Assembly (NCBI RefSeq): GCF_001194135.2
Contig: NC_069005.1
Span: 27,192,231-27,236,721, forward strand
Direction: 5' to 3'
DNA from: Octopus bimaculoides
Taxonomy: Eukaryota
Length of the DNA stretch: 44,491 nucleotides
The position numbers and the translations under genes were made by a program. This document shows positions 23,455 through 35,800 of this stretch, in pieces; the stretch's first letter is position 1, and each line of letters starts with the position of its first letter. The notes beneath the pieces were generated by a model. It was given only the letters and a program-made list of their open reading frames with translations, was not told where the DNA came from and did not search any database.

Positions 23455-26400
23455 TATGGTAGAGTAGGAAAGAGAGATATGTGTGTATCTCTGTGTATGT
23501 GACTGTGAATCCATGTGAATGTTTACAATCTTTATTCTCACATAAAAACATCTATGTTTGTTGACATTCTCTGCTACCAAATTGTCACGTAGCCCTTTGG
23601 CGGTAGCGAAATATATAAATCCATTACTTGGGAAACAGAAAAGGTAGTGTTAGCAAATAGGAAGGACATCCAGCTCTCTAACAGCGCCTCAATGCATATG
23701 AATTTAACCTTTTCTAGCATGGTAAGTGAACGAGTATCATATGCATCTTCATGTGTGTGCCTGTGCATAAATATGTAAATATATATGCATGTGTGTCTGT
23801 GTATATATATATAAATATAAATATATATATATCCTTTAAGTTTGTTTACGGGAAGTGTTTTTGAATATGCATATAAAAGCTTGTATTTTATTAATGCCAG
23901 CTACAGTCTAATGATACCAACTGGCAATAGCAGTTTCTTGAGGATTGCACCGAGCTGTGCCAATATAATGTAGAGTGGATATATTATTATTACTATATAT
24001 ATACACACACACACACACACGTGTATGTGTTTATACATTGTGTATGTATATATATATATGTAGATAGATACACACGTATAATATGCCCAACTATGATAAT
24101 TTTATTTCACATTCATTAGAAATGCCCTTGGGAAATGTATGAACATCACCAAACATCATTTTTCTTCTCTTTGACATTTTTGACTTCTCTATTTTCTTAC
24201 AGTTTCAAGTCAGGAATTCAGAAACTAAATTTATTCTATGAATTTTCTATTAATTATATTCGTAACTTTACCATAATTTTTTTGAATTAGAACTTCTTGT
24301 TAATTCATTAAAAGTTATGCTTCTGAAGAAGATTACATCTCCCTTATATCCAAAACTGTTGATTCGCCCTGATAAATATATGTTAAAGAAATTTGGAATC
24401 AACATAGTTGTTGGCAAGATTACAGTTATCAAATTTTCTTTCTTTTTTTATTATTTAAATTTACAATACCAATTTGCTTTTAATACCAAAATCTAATTAA
24501 ATTAAATTAAATTAACTAACTGTTGATGATGGCATGGTCAGAGGAAAAGTTGTTTTAATAGCTGAATCTTATTTAGTTTGCTAACTGTTGCTGCTAATGG
24601 ATGTGTTAAAAGGTAGTATGATGTATTTTACATATCTGGTTTGCATTAAGTATATAACTGCTAACATTACAATGCAGATTTCAAATTAGTAGTTATAAAT
24701 ATCTTCCTGGCTGCTGCCTGCTTTTACAATATAACCTGATTTTCTTCAGCCTCGGGTTTTTATTCTTCTTCTATACTCTTAAGTGGCTGGGTTTCAAGTT
24801 TCCTCTAGCTGCTTGACACATTTAGTTAGAAACAAGGACAAGCTGCTGAACTTTCAGAAATAGGTCGAATAGCCTCCAACTTCAGCAGTTTTCATGAGTA
24901 ACATTAGTATTGAGGTCATCATGAGATGTTTTTTAAGAGCTACATGTACATGCCAAAGATTTTCTTGTAATATGTGTTACATTAGAAGAAAATCTTAAAC
25001 TTGTTACATGGATTTTTTTTTTTTAATGACCTAATCAGAAGAGAAAGGACAGCATACTTCAGAGCCTTGAGACTGGGAGAAAGTTTTCATTATGCTGGAG
25101 ACCTTACACGAATGCTTGCAACAGAGTAGGCTCTAAAGACACATCCAGGTGATCAATGAAATCTGCCACCCCAACAAGGGTGTTAGACAACAGCAAAGCT
25201 TCTTCCTCAAATGGGTCTCTGCGTAGTTTACCGTAGTTTCTGTTTACAGAATTCTACTTTTAAGGCATTGATTGACTCAAGTTCATAAGAAGACACTTGC
25301 CCGAGGTGGGCTCAAATGCAAAACCCGTATCATTGCAAAGTGAACTTCTTAAATTATTTGCCAAAACTTTACTCCTGATATTAATCTCACTGCTTAAATT
25401 TGTATTGCAACAGAATTCTTCATCCTAAAAAAAAAAAAAAAAGATCATCCTCCTCGCCAACTGAAAAGCTGTGGTTTTAAAATCCGTTTTTATGGGAGAG
25501 GAAGGGTTTCAGCTGAATATCTATTACTTTGTTCTTCATCATACCACAGAGTATCATATTAAGTACTTTAACAAATATCTTAAATACCTTAATCACATAC
25601 CTTAATTAAACATCTTCCAACATACCATGAAAGTTTTATGAAATGTTATCAATTGTGCTTTGAATTTAAGTAGCACTTAGCAGCATATTTTTTGCCCTTC
25701 CCTATTTTCTTTTCTGTCCTCTCACTCTGACTGTCCTACTCTTGAGTTGCTGTTCTTTTGTTTTGTTGCTCTCTTATCTCTTCTTTCTTCACCCCTTACC
25801 GTCTCTTACTCTTACATTCTATTTCACCTATCTTATCATCTCACATGATTTCATTTTCCTCCTCCTCCTCCTCCTCCGTTTCTCTTTTCCACATTCCATT
25901 TCTTGCTTTGTCATATAACACATGCTATGCTATATCTCCTCCCTCTCTCTTCTACATTAACTATTCCCTCCTTCCAGATTGTAGCCACAGTAAGTTGTTG
26001 ATGTAGCAGCAGTTTCTACTAGATACATCAATAAATCTCCGAGGTATGATACATCCATTAAGAAGCCAATAAGGAAGCTCCCCAACCATCAGAATTCCTT
26101 CCAAATCTATTTCAAACCATTCCTAACATTCCTGATATAGAAAAAGACACATTGGTGGTCATGGTGGGACTTCTTTAATTGTAGGTCAACTCAACAACAA
26201 CAAAACGACATTTGCAATAAAACTGTATTGGAATCCATAAAGTCTCATTGAAACTGTTGTTTAAAGTTCTAGAATAATCAGTAGCATCGTATGCTGGAGC
26301 CTAGCTATGCTACAAAACAGTCCTCAATCATGCCCTGCCATCTATAAAAAAATGAAAGGACACACTGAGATACAAAACAGCTTTAAAGCCTTTGATTGCA

Positions 26401-27199
26401 GATCTGGAATCAATCATACTCAGAGTTAAACAGCTAAAACATCAGTGTCAAACAAAGGAAATGGATGATCATTGGTAGCCTTTCACCTTCCTATTGCAGT
26501 TTTCTTGCTAGTCTGAATCAAGAGCACACAAAGACAGAAAGGATTGCTGAAGAGGTCACAGATGTGCGACGAAAGCTTTCCGGACAATAGACACGAGTTA
26601 GAATAAGAGGAGTAATTAATGAGTAAACAACAAATATATAATGCATGTGTTTCATCATCATCATCGTCGTTTAACATCCGCTTTCCATGCTGACCATCCC
26701 AAAATACAATATCTGTTTCAACACGCAGTTTCACATCAGGATTTTTGCAACACAAATTTATAAACAAAATGATTATACTTTTGAACTCATTTTGTTCTGA
26801 CTAAGAAAGGCAAGGTCTTCAAGAGTGGTGTAAAAGGGAGGGTGCACCCATGGCTCATGGATTGTAGTACATCGAAATAACGAGCTACAAGTTAGCCTCA
26901 AATTGGATAACCATGTCTAGATGCTTCCAACAGAATTGACTCTACTGCAATTGACCACTCGGAAACACTTCAAATGGGGGTTGAGCCAATGTAGAAGTTG
27001 TGCAACATGCTAGAAGTAGGTGTTAAATATCATGAAACCATGCTTCTCTATCTTAAAAATGAAAGGACTCTTTGAATAATGTAGTCCTGTCTTAGATAAC
27101 AAATAATGGGAAAATTATGGCTGTAATACCTGTGATCCTGTCCACTGGATCAATGTTGTCTTGGAGAGCAAACAATAACCACTTCAATTGATGGTATAG

Positions 27200-30130
27200 T
27201 TGCTGATTTTCTCCCATCCTTTCTCAGATATTATTGTCTCGTTCTGTTCACTGGTTCAACTCTGTTGTCATATGTCCTCTTCCACCCTGTTATTTTTACA
27301 TTTCTCCACTTACCTCATTGTCTTTCATACCATATTTCTCCACCATATGCTTTATTTCTATGTCTCTTGCTCACACATTGTCTATCCCCTTCTTGCCCTC
27401 TAAAACTGAATGAACAATTTGTCCATTCTGTCTCTGAACTCTTCTACTTTTATCATCCATTTTAATATGAAACCTTATCACTCGGTTTCTCTTACTGAAG
27501 ATGTGACATTATTAAGAATGGCTTAACTAAGAACAATATGGAAGTTCATTTCAGCCTTTTGATATTGTCCTAATTATTCTCACTTCATTTTTATCTCCCC
27601 TTCTTTTTGATTGTACCCTGTTTCTATACATGACCTTGTCTTATTCTACTGTTTCTGTACATGACCTTGTCTTATTTCTACTGTTACTTCAGTGTCCTGT
27701 TTCTACAGGCATTTTGCCTTTCCTTAGCTCATCAAATGCTTTAATTTGTCCTATTCCTACAAACAGTTTATCTGAATCTCTTGACCATGTCTTAATTTCT
27801 ACTATCACAACACTGTGCTATTTTTACTGTTACTTTACAGTGTCCTACTTCCACCTGTGTTTACTTTGTTCTCTTTCCTCTCCTACCTTTGTGTTTTGTC
27901 AGCAAACATTATCTTTGCTTCTGTTCATTCTCACACTCACACTTTTAATATTGTATCCATGGCTTCACTTCATGCTCGTTCTCTTTCTCTCTCTCTTTTT
28001 TTTTTATCCCATTTCTAAGTTTATATTTCTGTCTATGCTTTCTTTTGAAGATATCTGCTTTCATTTTTAGCCCATTTCTTTTCGTCTTTGTCCTATTTTT
28101 ATTTCCATTTTCTGCTTTTGCTTCTTTGAATTCCCTTCTGCTGTTTATGTCCATCAAGTAATCAAGACCTTTGCTGTGCTTGAGAAGAAACACCAAGCCA
28201 ACTGACCAGTGACATGTAAAAGGCACCTGTGCTGATGACAAGTAAAAGGTACTCATGCCAGTGACACATAAAAGGTACCTACTACACTCTATGGAGTGGT
28301 TGGCATTAGGAAGGGCATCTAGCCATTGAAACCAACTAAACCAGACTGAAGACTGGTATAACTCTCTGGTTTACCAATTTCAGTCAAACCATCTAACCTA
28401 TGCCAGCATGGAAAATGGAAACTATATGATGATGATTGTGATGTCTCTCTTTAATAGCCTTCTTTTCTCAATAGCTGTCATTACACCCACTTGACTTGTC
28501 TCTACTTCATACTTCCATTTCTCCTTGTCAAACATTTTTCGCTCTCCTTCCACTTCCGTTTAGTCTTTTTACCATTACCAGTTTCACCTCTTCTTGTCTC
28601 TCCATTTCCTCTTCTTCAGTATTCATTTTTGTTTTTCAACCACAAATTCTTATCCTCTCTGCTTCTTATATTGACCACATTATTCTGCCTGTTTTTGTCC
28701 TAAATCTACTTTCACTTGTCCTAAATACAAATATGTTCTTGGCTTATCTGCATTTTCTTGCCCTAAAACATCTCCACATCCAGTTTCTTGTCCAATTTTT
28801 ACACTCCTCTATCACTGTTTGTTTTGAATATTTATCTTCATTCCTTTTCGTCCTTCCTACTTCCTTTCTCACACATCATCCTCTGCACTTGTTCTATTTT
28901 TATTACTTCTGTCATCACTATCACCATCTCTGTTGATCCAGTATTCACTTCCTCTTGTCCTATTTCTGACCTAATCTATTTCTATACTACTTATATGTCT
29001 TTACATTCATGTTCTGGTTTTGTACCACTTCATCTATCCATTTTCTCTGCCTGCTATCCTTTGGAGGAACCCTATTTCAGCTGCGTGTATTCACAACTGT
29101 ACTCATTCGGTCATTACTCAACATTCACGACCATAGGTGAGAATAGCCATGTAAACCAAATTGAAGGTAGCATGTTTGGCTTTTTCACCAACATCTCCTC
29201 CATTTTATTCCTCCTGCCATTTCATTCTTGCTTTCATTTGTACTGTTTTATTAATATTTCTCATTGTATTTTTCATTCACTTTTTGTCCTATTGTTCCAT
29301 ATATTAGTAGACCTACATTCATTGTCCTATTACAATTTCTCTTGTCTTATTGTCACTTTCTTTCCTTCTGTAAATACCTCTCACAATCCTCTCTTGCTTT
29401 CATTACTTTTTGCCCTATTGCTATACTTCCCTCGTTAGTTTCTATTTCTTCTTGTCCTATTACCATATAATCATGTCCTATTATTATATCTACTTCTGTT
29501 ACAATTGCTTCTTGTCCTGTCCCCACAACACCCCTCCTTTCTTAATCAGTCCTCTGGTCTGGATTAACTCATCATCATAACTTTAATCCTGTCACAATAT
29601 TCTCTTGATCTATCAAATCTTCTTGTCCTTATCATCTTGTCCTATTGTCCTATTACCATATCCTCTCACCCTTTCTCCATATCTTGTGTCCCATCATCAT
29701 ATCTGCTTGACCTGCCACCACACCCTCATATCTTATCACCACATCTTGTCCTATTGTCACACTCTTCTATCACAACACTGCCTTGCTCTCCCATCACATC
29801 TTGTCCTATTTTCGCAAAATTCAAATTCTATCACCTTATGTTTTTGTTATCACAAATTCTTCTACTACCATTTTCTTTTACATCATGTCTTGTACTATTT
29901 TCACATCCTCTTGTCTTATAACATCTTGTCCTATTACCACATATTCTTTTGTCCTATCACCTCACACTCTCATTCCATGATTGCATTATCTTCTCTTATC
30001 ATATTCTTTTGTTTTAATTTCTCTTCTATTGAAGTACCACTTCTTCATATATATTTATGCTTTCTCCCTTCCAAATTTATCATCCACTACCTTTAGGTTA
30101 TCTATTTATTGGTGACACTGTCCTAATTTC
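27200..30130 (+). repeat. Pyrimidine-rich, G-poor low-complexity domain with recurrent TTGTCCTATT
   Basis: Strong C/T skew on the plus strand; more than a dozen exact or near-exact TTGTCCTATT copies, densest at 29280-29960. Confidence 0.8.
28195..28440 (+). mobile_element. Diverged RTE 3'-end / (GAT)n-tailed repeat (family D)
   Basis: gagtggttggcattaggaagggcatc...ccagcatggaaaatgga...atgatgatgat, homologous to 37134-37541. Confidence 0.8.
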
Positions 30131-30309
30131 TATCTCTTCCTTTAAACTGCATTCAGTAGCAGGGCCCTGGTTTGGGAGTTCTGAGATTTTGAGGAAGTCA
30201 AACCACCTCTTAGCTACTATTGTTCCCAAGTCTACCTTGACCTGACATAGGGTCCCTGCTGTGGGTTAATTAGCAAGTCACTCAGTCACATAGATCTCGT
30301 TACCTGGGG

Positions 30310-30520
30310 TGAGGATGGGAAGGGGCAACTTTTCTCAGGGAAGGAAAACCTTGATTCCGAGCCTCTGCAGCTTTGTGATAATACCCAGGTCATGGGAAAA
30401 GCTTTGGGAGTAAACTATAAGGCAGTCCAACAGTGTTTACAATCTTATTCTGGCAGATCCTGTGGCCATGATGGTGCTAAATTGTGATGGTCATGCTATT
30501 CTGTTGGATCCAGTCGTGAC
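30310..30520 (+). mobile_element. RTE-like 5' region fragment
   Basis: ggggcaact...ggaaggaaaacc...tacccaggtcatgggaaaagctttgggagtaaac...aggcagtcc resembles, from recall, the 5' region of RTE elements; not aligned. Confidence 0.5.
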
Positions 30521-31029
30521 ATGAAGGATGGGGGACACTATATATATAGGCAACTATCTGTCCTTTGTATCATACTACCCAGATTTTAATCCTGTCAAAC
30601 ACCCTATATTGGAAGAGGCCAACTCCACAGACGACACTGTTTCAGCAGGGTGCACGTCTAGGACCCTCATCCATAGTTATTAATGACAGAGACCAAATGT
30701 AACCTCCTCCCCCCTTACTCCACCTTTCATTTTTATTCATTCCCTTCCTGTACTGCTACCTCTTCATGTCTCGTTCACTGGTTTCTGTCATGACGGTGGC
30801 CCACGCTGGGCCGCTATCTTTAAGGGTTTTAATTTTGTTCATCAACTCTCAGTAATTGTTTACTAGTTTTAATCACTTTGAAACAAAAAAACGAAAAACA
30901 AATTCAACTAGAGACGTATTTAACCTCAAAGTAAAATGCTGTGATGAAACATCATAGCATATTTTGTGTAATGCTTTATTAATCCTACCATCCACACACA
31001 TTAACAGGCTTCTGTACATTCTCTCGCAT

Positions 31030-31071
<42 letters not shown>

Positions 31072-31269
31072 AAAAGTATAAGTTTCATATATAGTTCAGA
31101 CTGTAATTGTGCCCAACAGCTGTTTCATGAGGATAAATATCATTAAATGTATCAACCATCTGTTGGATGTTGTTACACACCGTTTGTCACAATGTGCTTC
31201 CTTGCATCATTGTAGACTTCAAATGATGCTACCCTGCTGGCTAGGTAGGCAGGCAGGCCAAAGGCATAT

Positions 31270-31443
31270 AAGTGATTGAGGTCGCGACATTCCCTCCAAA
31301 TAGGATGCCAGTCAGTCGCAGGTTAACTCATATACTGCTGAGTGGACAGGAGCAATGTAAAATGAAGTGTTTTGCTCAAGAAGACAATGCACTGCCCAGT
31401 TTGGAAATCAAGACCAGTCTTGCAAACTCTTAACCACTAGGCC
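31270..31443 (-). mobile_element. Short diverged SINE with a possible Nin/Deu-like domain
   Basis: Minus strand: ggcctagtggttaagag head, cttgagcaaaacac core, then gttaacctgcgactgactggcatcc, resembling the conserved gtaaccctgcgatggactagcatcc block recalled for Nin/Deu SINEs. Confidence 0.5.
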
Positions 31444-31467
31444 TATATATATATATATATATATAAA

Positions 31468-31780
31468 AGGAGCACTCCGTCGGTTACGGCGACGAGGGTC
31501 CCAGCTGATCCAATCAACGGAACAGCCTGCTCATGAAATTAACGTGCAAGTGACTGAGCAATCCACAGACACGTGTATCCCTAACGTAGTTCTCAGGGAG
31601 ACTCAGCGTGACAAGGCCGGCCTTTTGAAATACAGGTACTACTCATTTTTGCCAGCTAAGTGGACTGGAGCAACGTGAAATAAAGTCTCTTGCTCAAGGA
31701 CAAAACGCGTCACTGGGAATCGAACTCAAGACCTGTCGATTGTGAGCTGAATGCCCTAACCACTAAGCTGCGTGCCTTCA
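31468..31780 (-). mobile_element. SINE with family C 3' module but a different central domain (family C2)
   Basis: tRNA-like head (ttagtggttaggg, GTTCGATTCC), core ccttgagcaagagactttatttcacgttgctccagtccac, and the same 3' module as family C (gaactacgtta...gcaggctgttccgttga...cgacggagtgc). Confidence 0.85.
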
Positions 31781-32354
31781 ATTTATATATATATATATAT
31801 ATATCACATACTAGTGGTAATAGTATTCCTCTGGTTTCAGAACTATCTACTGAAGTGCTAATATCGCTGGTATATATATTTACAACCCAGCAATCTGTAA
31901 CTAGGTTAATAAGTGTTAACACATGAAACTCTCAGCCTTTGAGTCATTCTGTTGTTACTGGTAAATAATATATATATATATATATTTCATAAGAGAAAAG
32001 CATAAAATTCACATATAGTTCATCCTTTGTGCTCAACAGCTGTTTCAGTAAGATAAACGTTAAATGTATAGTTACCTAATTGTGATGCGCATTTAATTTA
32101 GATTAATTATGTATCACACTTATCTAATTATGCATTTAACGATATCTTAATGAAGCAACCGTAGTGCACAATTAAAATATGAGCTATATGTGAAATTTAT
32201 ACTTTTATCCTTCTATGCTAAATATGTTGCTCTTAAAGATTGTTTTAGCTCATTATTCATACATATGCTGTAGTGTAATAACATGTTAAAGTTTAATGAC
32301 TTGTTATTAATTGAGCTCTTATTATGAATTTGTTTTTTGATGTTTATACATCAA

Positions 32355-32392
<38 letters not shown>

Positions 32393-32539
32393 AAATTAAT
32401 TTACAAAGGCACCGTTAATTCTATTATTATCCAATGTCACTAATTTAAGAATGATTAATAACAGAATCAACGATACAGGGGGACTGCAGGCCAAAAATGT
32501 ATCAGTGTATTTTTGACGATTTAATAACGAGTTTTGACT

Positions 32540-32928
32540 NNNNNNNNNNNNNNNNNNNNNNNNNNNNNNNNNNNNNNNNNNNNNNNNNNNNNNNNNNNNN
32601 NNNNNNNNNNNNNNNNNNNNNNNNNNNNNNNNNNNNNNNNNNNNNNNNNNNNNNNNNNNNNNNNNNNNNNNNNNNNNNNNNNNNNNNNNNNNNNNNNNNN
32701 NNNNNNNNNNNNNNNNNNNNNNNNNNNNNNNNNNNNNNNNNNNNNNNNNNNNNNNNNNNNNNNNNNNNNNNNNNNNNNNNNNNNNNNNNNNNNNNNNNNN
32801 NNNNNNNNNNNNNNNNNNNNNNNNNNNNNNNNNNNNNNNNNNNNNNNNNNNNNNNNNNNNNNNNNNNNNNNNNNNNNNNNNNNNNNNNNNNNNNNNNNNN
32901 NNNNNNNNNNNNNNNNNNNNNNNNNNNN
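32540..32928. other. Assembly gap (389 N)
   Basis: Run of N followed by (TA)n. Confidence 1.
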
Positions 32929-32966
<38 letters not shown>

Positions 32967-32981
32967 TTCAGGAACAAATTG

Positions 32982-33785
32982 AAAGCAGTGCTAGTGTTGT
33001 AAACATTATCGACTACACACACTTGATGTACGTGTTTTGTTTGTTTGCTGGTCTGCTGCGGTAAAGCACCTGAAAGATGACTGTCTCATTGCACTGGGTG
33101 TTAAAAAGCCTGAAAAGTCACAGATAGGTGAGACAACTTGCCTCAGATCTCATTCAGGATTGATGAATACTGATATTTAGCCATTTTCGTGGTTTATCAA
33201 CACCGTGTACCGGAATCAAACCAAGGGTATACTGAATCGCTGGTCTATGACTATATATAAGTAAAATAAAGACCATTTGCTGGTATGCCACAATGATGCA
33301 TACACAAGATTAAATTCAGTAATGAATTAAAAGCAGCACTAGTGCTATAAACATTATCAATCACACATCCTCAATGTATGTGTTCTGTTTGTTCACCAGT
33401 TCACCATGGTAAAATACCTGAAGAACGCCTTTCTCATTGCACTGGGTGTTAAAGTTCTAAAAGCACTAGTGTTTACAACACTAGCACAGCTTTTAATTCA
33501 TTACTGAATTTAATCGTAATTATGCATTATTGTGGCATATCGGCAAAAAATGTTTTTTTACACTAGTTACATATAGTGTAACTATACATATTAACTAGTT
33601 CATTCCTGGTTCAAATCAGGTACGTGATGTTGATAAGCCACAAAAATGGCAAAATATCGGTATCCATCATTTCCAAATGGGATCTGGGGCAAATTGTCTC
33701 ACCTATCAGTCTTCCTTCAGGCATTTTACAGCTGTCTACCAGCAAACAAACAAAACACACATATTGAGTACATGCTGTCAATAAT
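32982..33785. repeat. Complex foldback: ~349-bp direct repeat plus an inverted copy
   Basis: TCTCATTGCACTGGGTGTTAAA occurs at ~33084 and ~33433. 33285-33352 is inverted at 33470-33540, 33123-33227 at 33604-33708, and 33030-33075 at 33712-33760. Confidence 0.85.
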
Positions 33786-34240
33786 ATATTTATGTATACA
33801 TACACATACACCCCTATCTTATCTTTTCAATATTTTTACTCCACTTTGTCCCTTCATGACTCTGAAGTCTGTGTTGCCCTATATCACTAAACATTCATGC
33901 CTTGTGACTGCTATATAAATAATCCTTTTTATTTAAATAAACACTGAGGTCTTGTCACTTTTATATCATTAAACACTCCTATCTTGTCTATTTCTATACA
34001 GTCTTTTGTTCTTTCCCTCTCTGTACACTGTTTTGCAACTACCAGGCCCTTGTTCATTGTTCTCTTTAAGTCTTTTTTTCATGACATTCTCCCACGCTCT
34101 TTTATTCTCATTTTATTTTACTTTTATTTATGATCTCCTCTCACTGTCACTCAACTCGCTTAGATTTCCCAATCCTCAATCTGTCTTTTTTCCCCTGATT
34201 GCTTTTCTTTCATCACTTGTCTTCATCCTTTATTGATATT

Positions 34241-34530
34241 TCATCATCATCGTCGTTTAACGTCTGCCTTCCATGCTATCATGGGTTGGACGATTTGACT
34301 GAGGACTGGTGAAACCAGATGGCTACACCAGGCTCCAATCTGATTTGGCAGAGTTTCTACAGCTGGATGCCCTTCCTAACGCCAACCACTCAGAGAGTGT
34401 AGTGGGTGCTTTTACGTGCCACCTGCACGAAGGCCAGTCAGGTGGTACTGGCAACGGCCACGCTCAAAATGGTGTCTTTTACGTGCCACCTGCACGGGAG
34501 CCAGTCCAGCGGCACTGGCAACGATCTCGC
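34241..34530 (-). mobile_element. RTE 3'-end / family D repeat, young copy
   Basis: (CAT)n at the left end is the minus-strand (GAT)n tail; near-identical to the reverse complement of 37250-37541. Confidence 0.9.
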
Positions 34531-35149
34531 CCGAATGTCCTTATCCCTTCATTTTAACTCCCCCTACCTTACATTTTCCATTTTTCTTTTCACTTGTCCT
34601 CTTAGCTTCACCATTCTACTTCCTCATTCAGTCTCGAATTCTTCATTCTTTCCACTTGTTTTCTGACACTTCATTCATCTACCTTCTCACTCGTTCTCTA
34701 ATTTTTCATTCTACTATACCTGCTTACTAGTAAATCACATTAGTCGTTATAACATTGTGATTTCTGAGTTCCTTCTCCAATTCTGCACCATCCTCTATGA
34801 CGGTGTGTCAGTACGTAAGTTACTGTTAAGGATTAGTATGATTTAATAGCATTAACGTATGTGAGGTGTTGGAAATTGTTTGCAGTATTGGTTGGAGAAA
34901 TTGATGTTGACCTGTCAGAAACCATTTTATGAGGTTGGACAAATGATATATTTATTACAAGAACAATAATTGTGGGAAATTTCACTTGCTGCAGATGCAC
35001 ATTATTTGATTTATGCTGGCAGAAACACAGCCGGGATAGAATATGTAAATATGTAAATGACAAAGCTCATTTGACATCAATTAAACAAATAACTACTTAT
35101 ATCCTTCTCAAAGCACATCTGGTAATTGTGATAATGTTGTTAAGAGGCT

Positions 35150-35800
35150 TATGCCACTGACTTCTCATGTGACCTCATGATTAAGTGGTGGCTCTAGAGC
35201 AATTGAAAAGAATCGTTAGTAAACTCTCATCTCATTAAATATTGCAGTTGATGGGCTGTAAATTTTTTAATATAGACTTGATTGTTTGCACAGCTCTCTC
35301 TGTTGGACCATAGTTTTGGCTTGATTGGTAGTCCAAATCTACAGAGTAGACTATAGATTGGTCTTGCAACCAAATCAATCTATGCAGTTCTTTAATTGAA
35401 TGAAATCTAGTCCAGTGTCCACTGTGACTGGAACATCAAATCTAGAAGAGATGAAAATAGACATTTCTAATGTTTCCAAATGCCTACTGGAACCTTAATC
35501 CAGGTAGTGACTGAATCAACTATAATCTATACATTTTCAGTATTTCATACTTACCTCCAGTCTATGTGAAATCCTTCCCAACGTTGTAATTTGGGCCACA
35601 TAATCAGTGCAAGGAAGTTCTTTTAATCTGAATTTAGCTCTCATGTCACAAAATCTGAAAAAAATTTCAATATGTCTCCCAAAATTAGGCCACCATAAAC
35701 AATCTCAATTGTGAAAAGAACTTTCTCATAAGGTTCAAGAGTAAATGGCTTCTTTTCATTGACTTAAAGATCGTTCTCTGCAGTTAGTTCAGATGAATGC
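35150..35800 (-). mobile_element. Ty3/Gypsy integrase relic
   Basis: Minus-strand motifs in the expected order: LWWPN (~35690), RWEGFHIDW (~35560-35583), SRFDVP (~35430-35450), ERAVQTIKSILK (~35265-35300). Heavily frameshifted. Confidence 0.7.

Noticed and set aside
27630-30096. Series of 146-216 aa plus-strand ORFs
   Set aside because: F/L/S/Y/H/I-rich products of pyrimidine-skewed low-complexity DNA that lacks stops; no domain recognised.
34309-34557. Repeated ORF MKPDGYTRLQSDLAEFLQLDALPNANH (also 37065-37466 and 41933-42337)
   Set aside because: Antisense reading of a dispersed repeat family, not a gene family.
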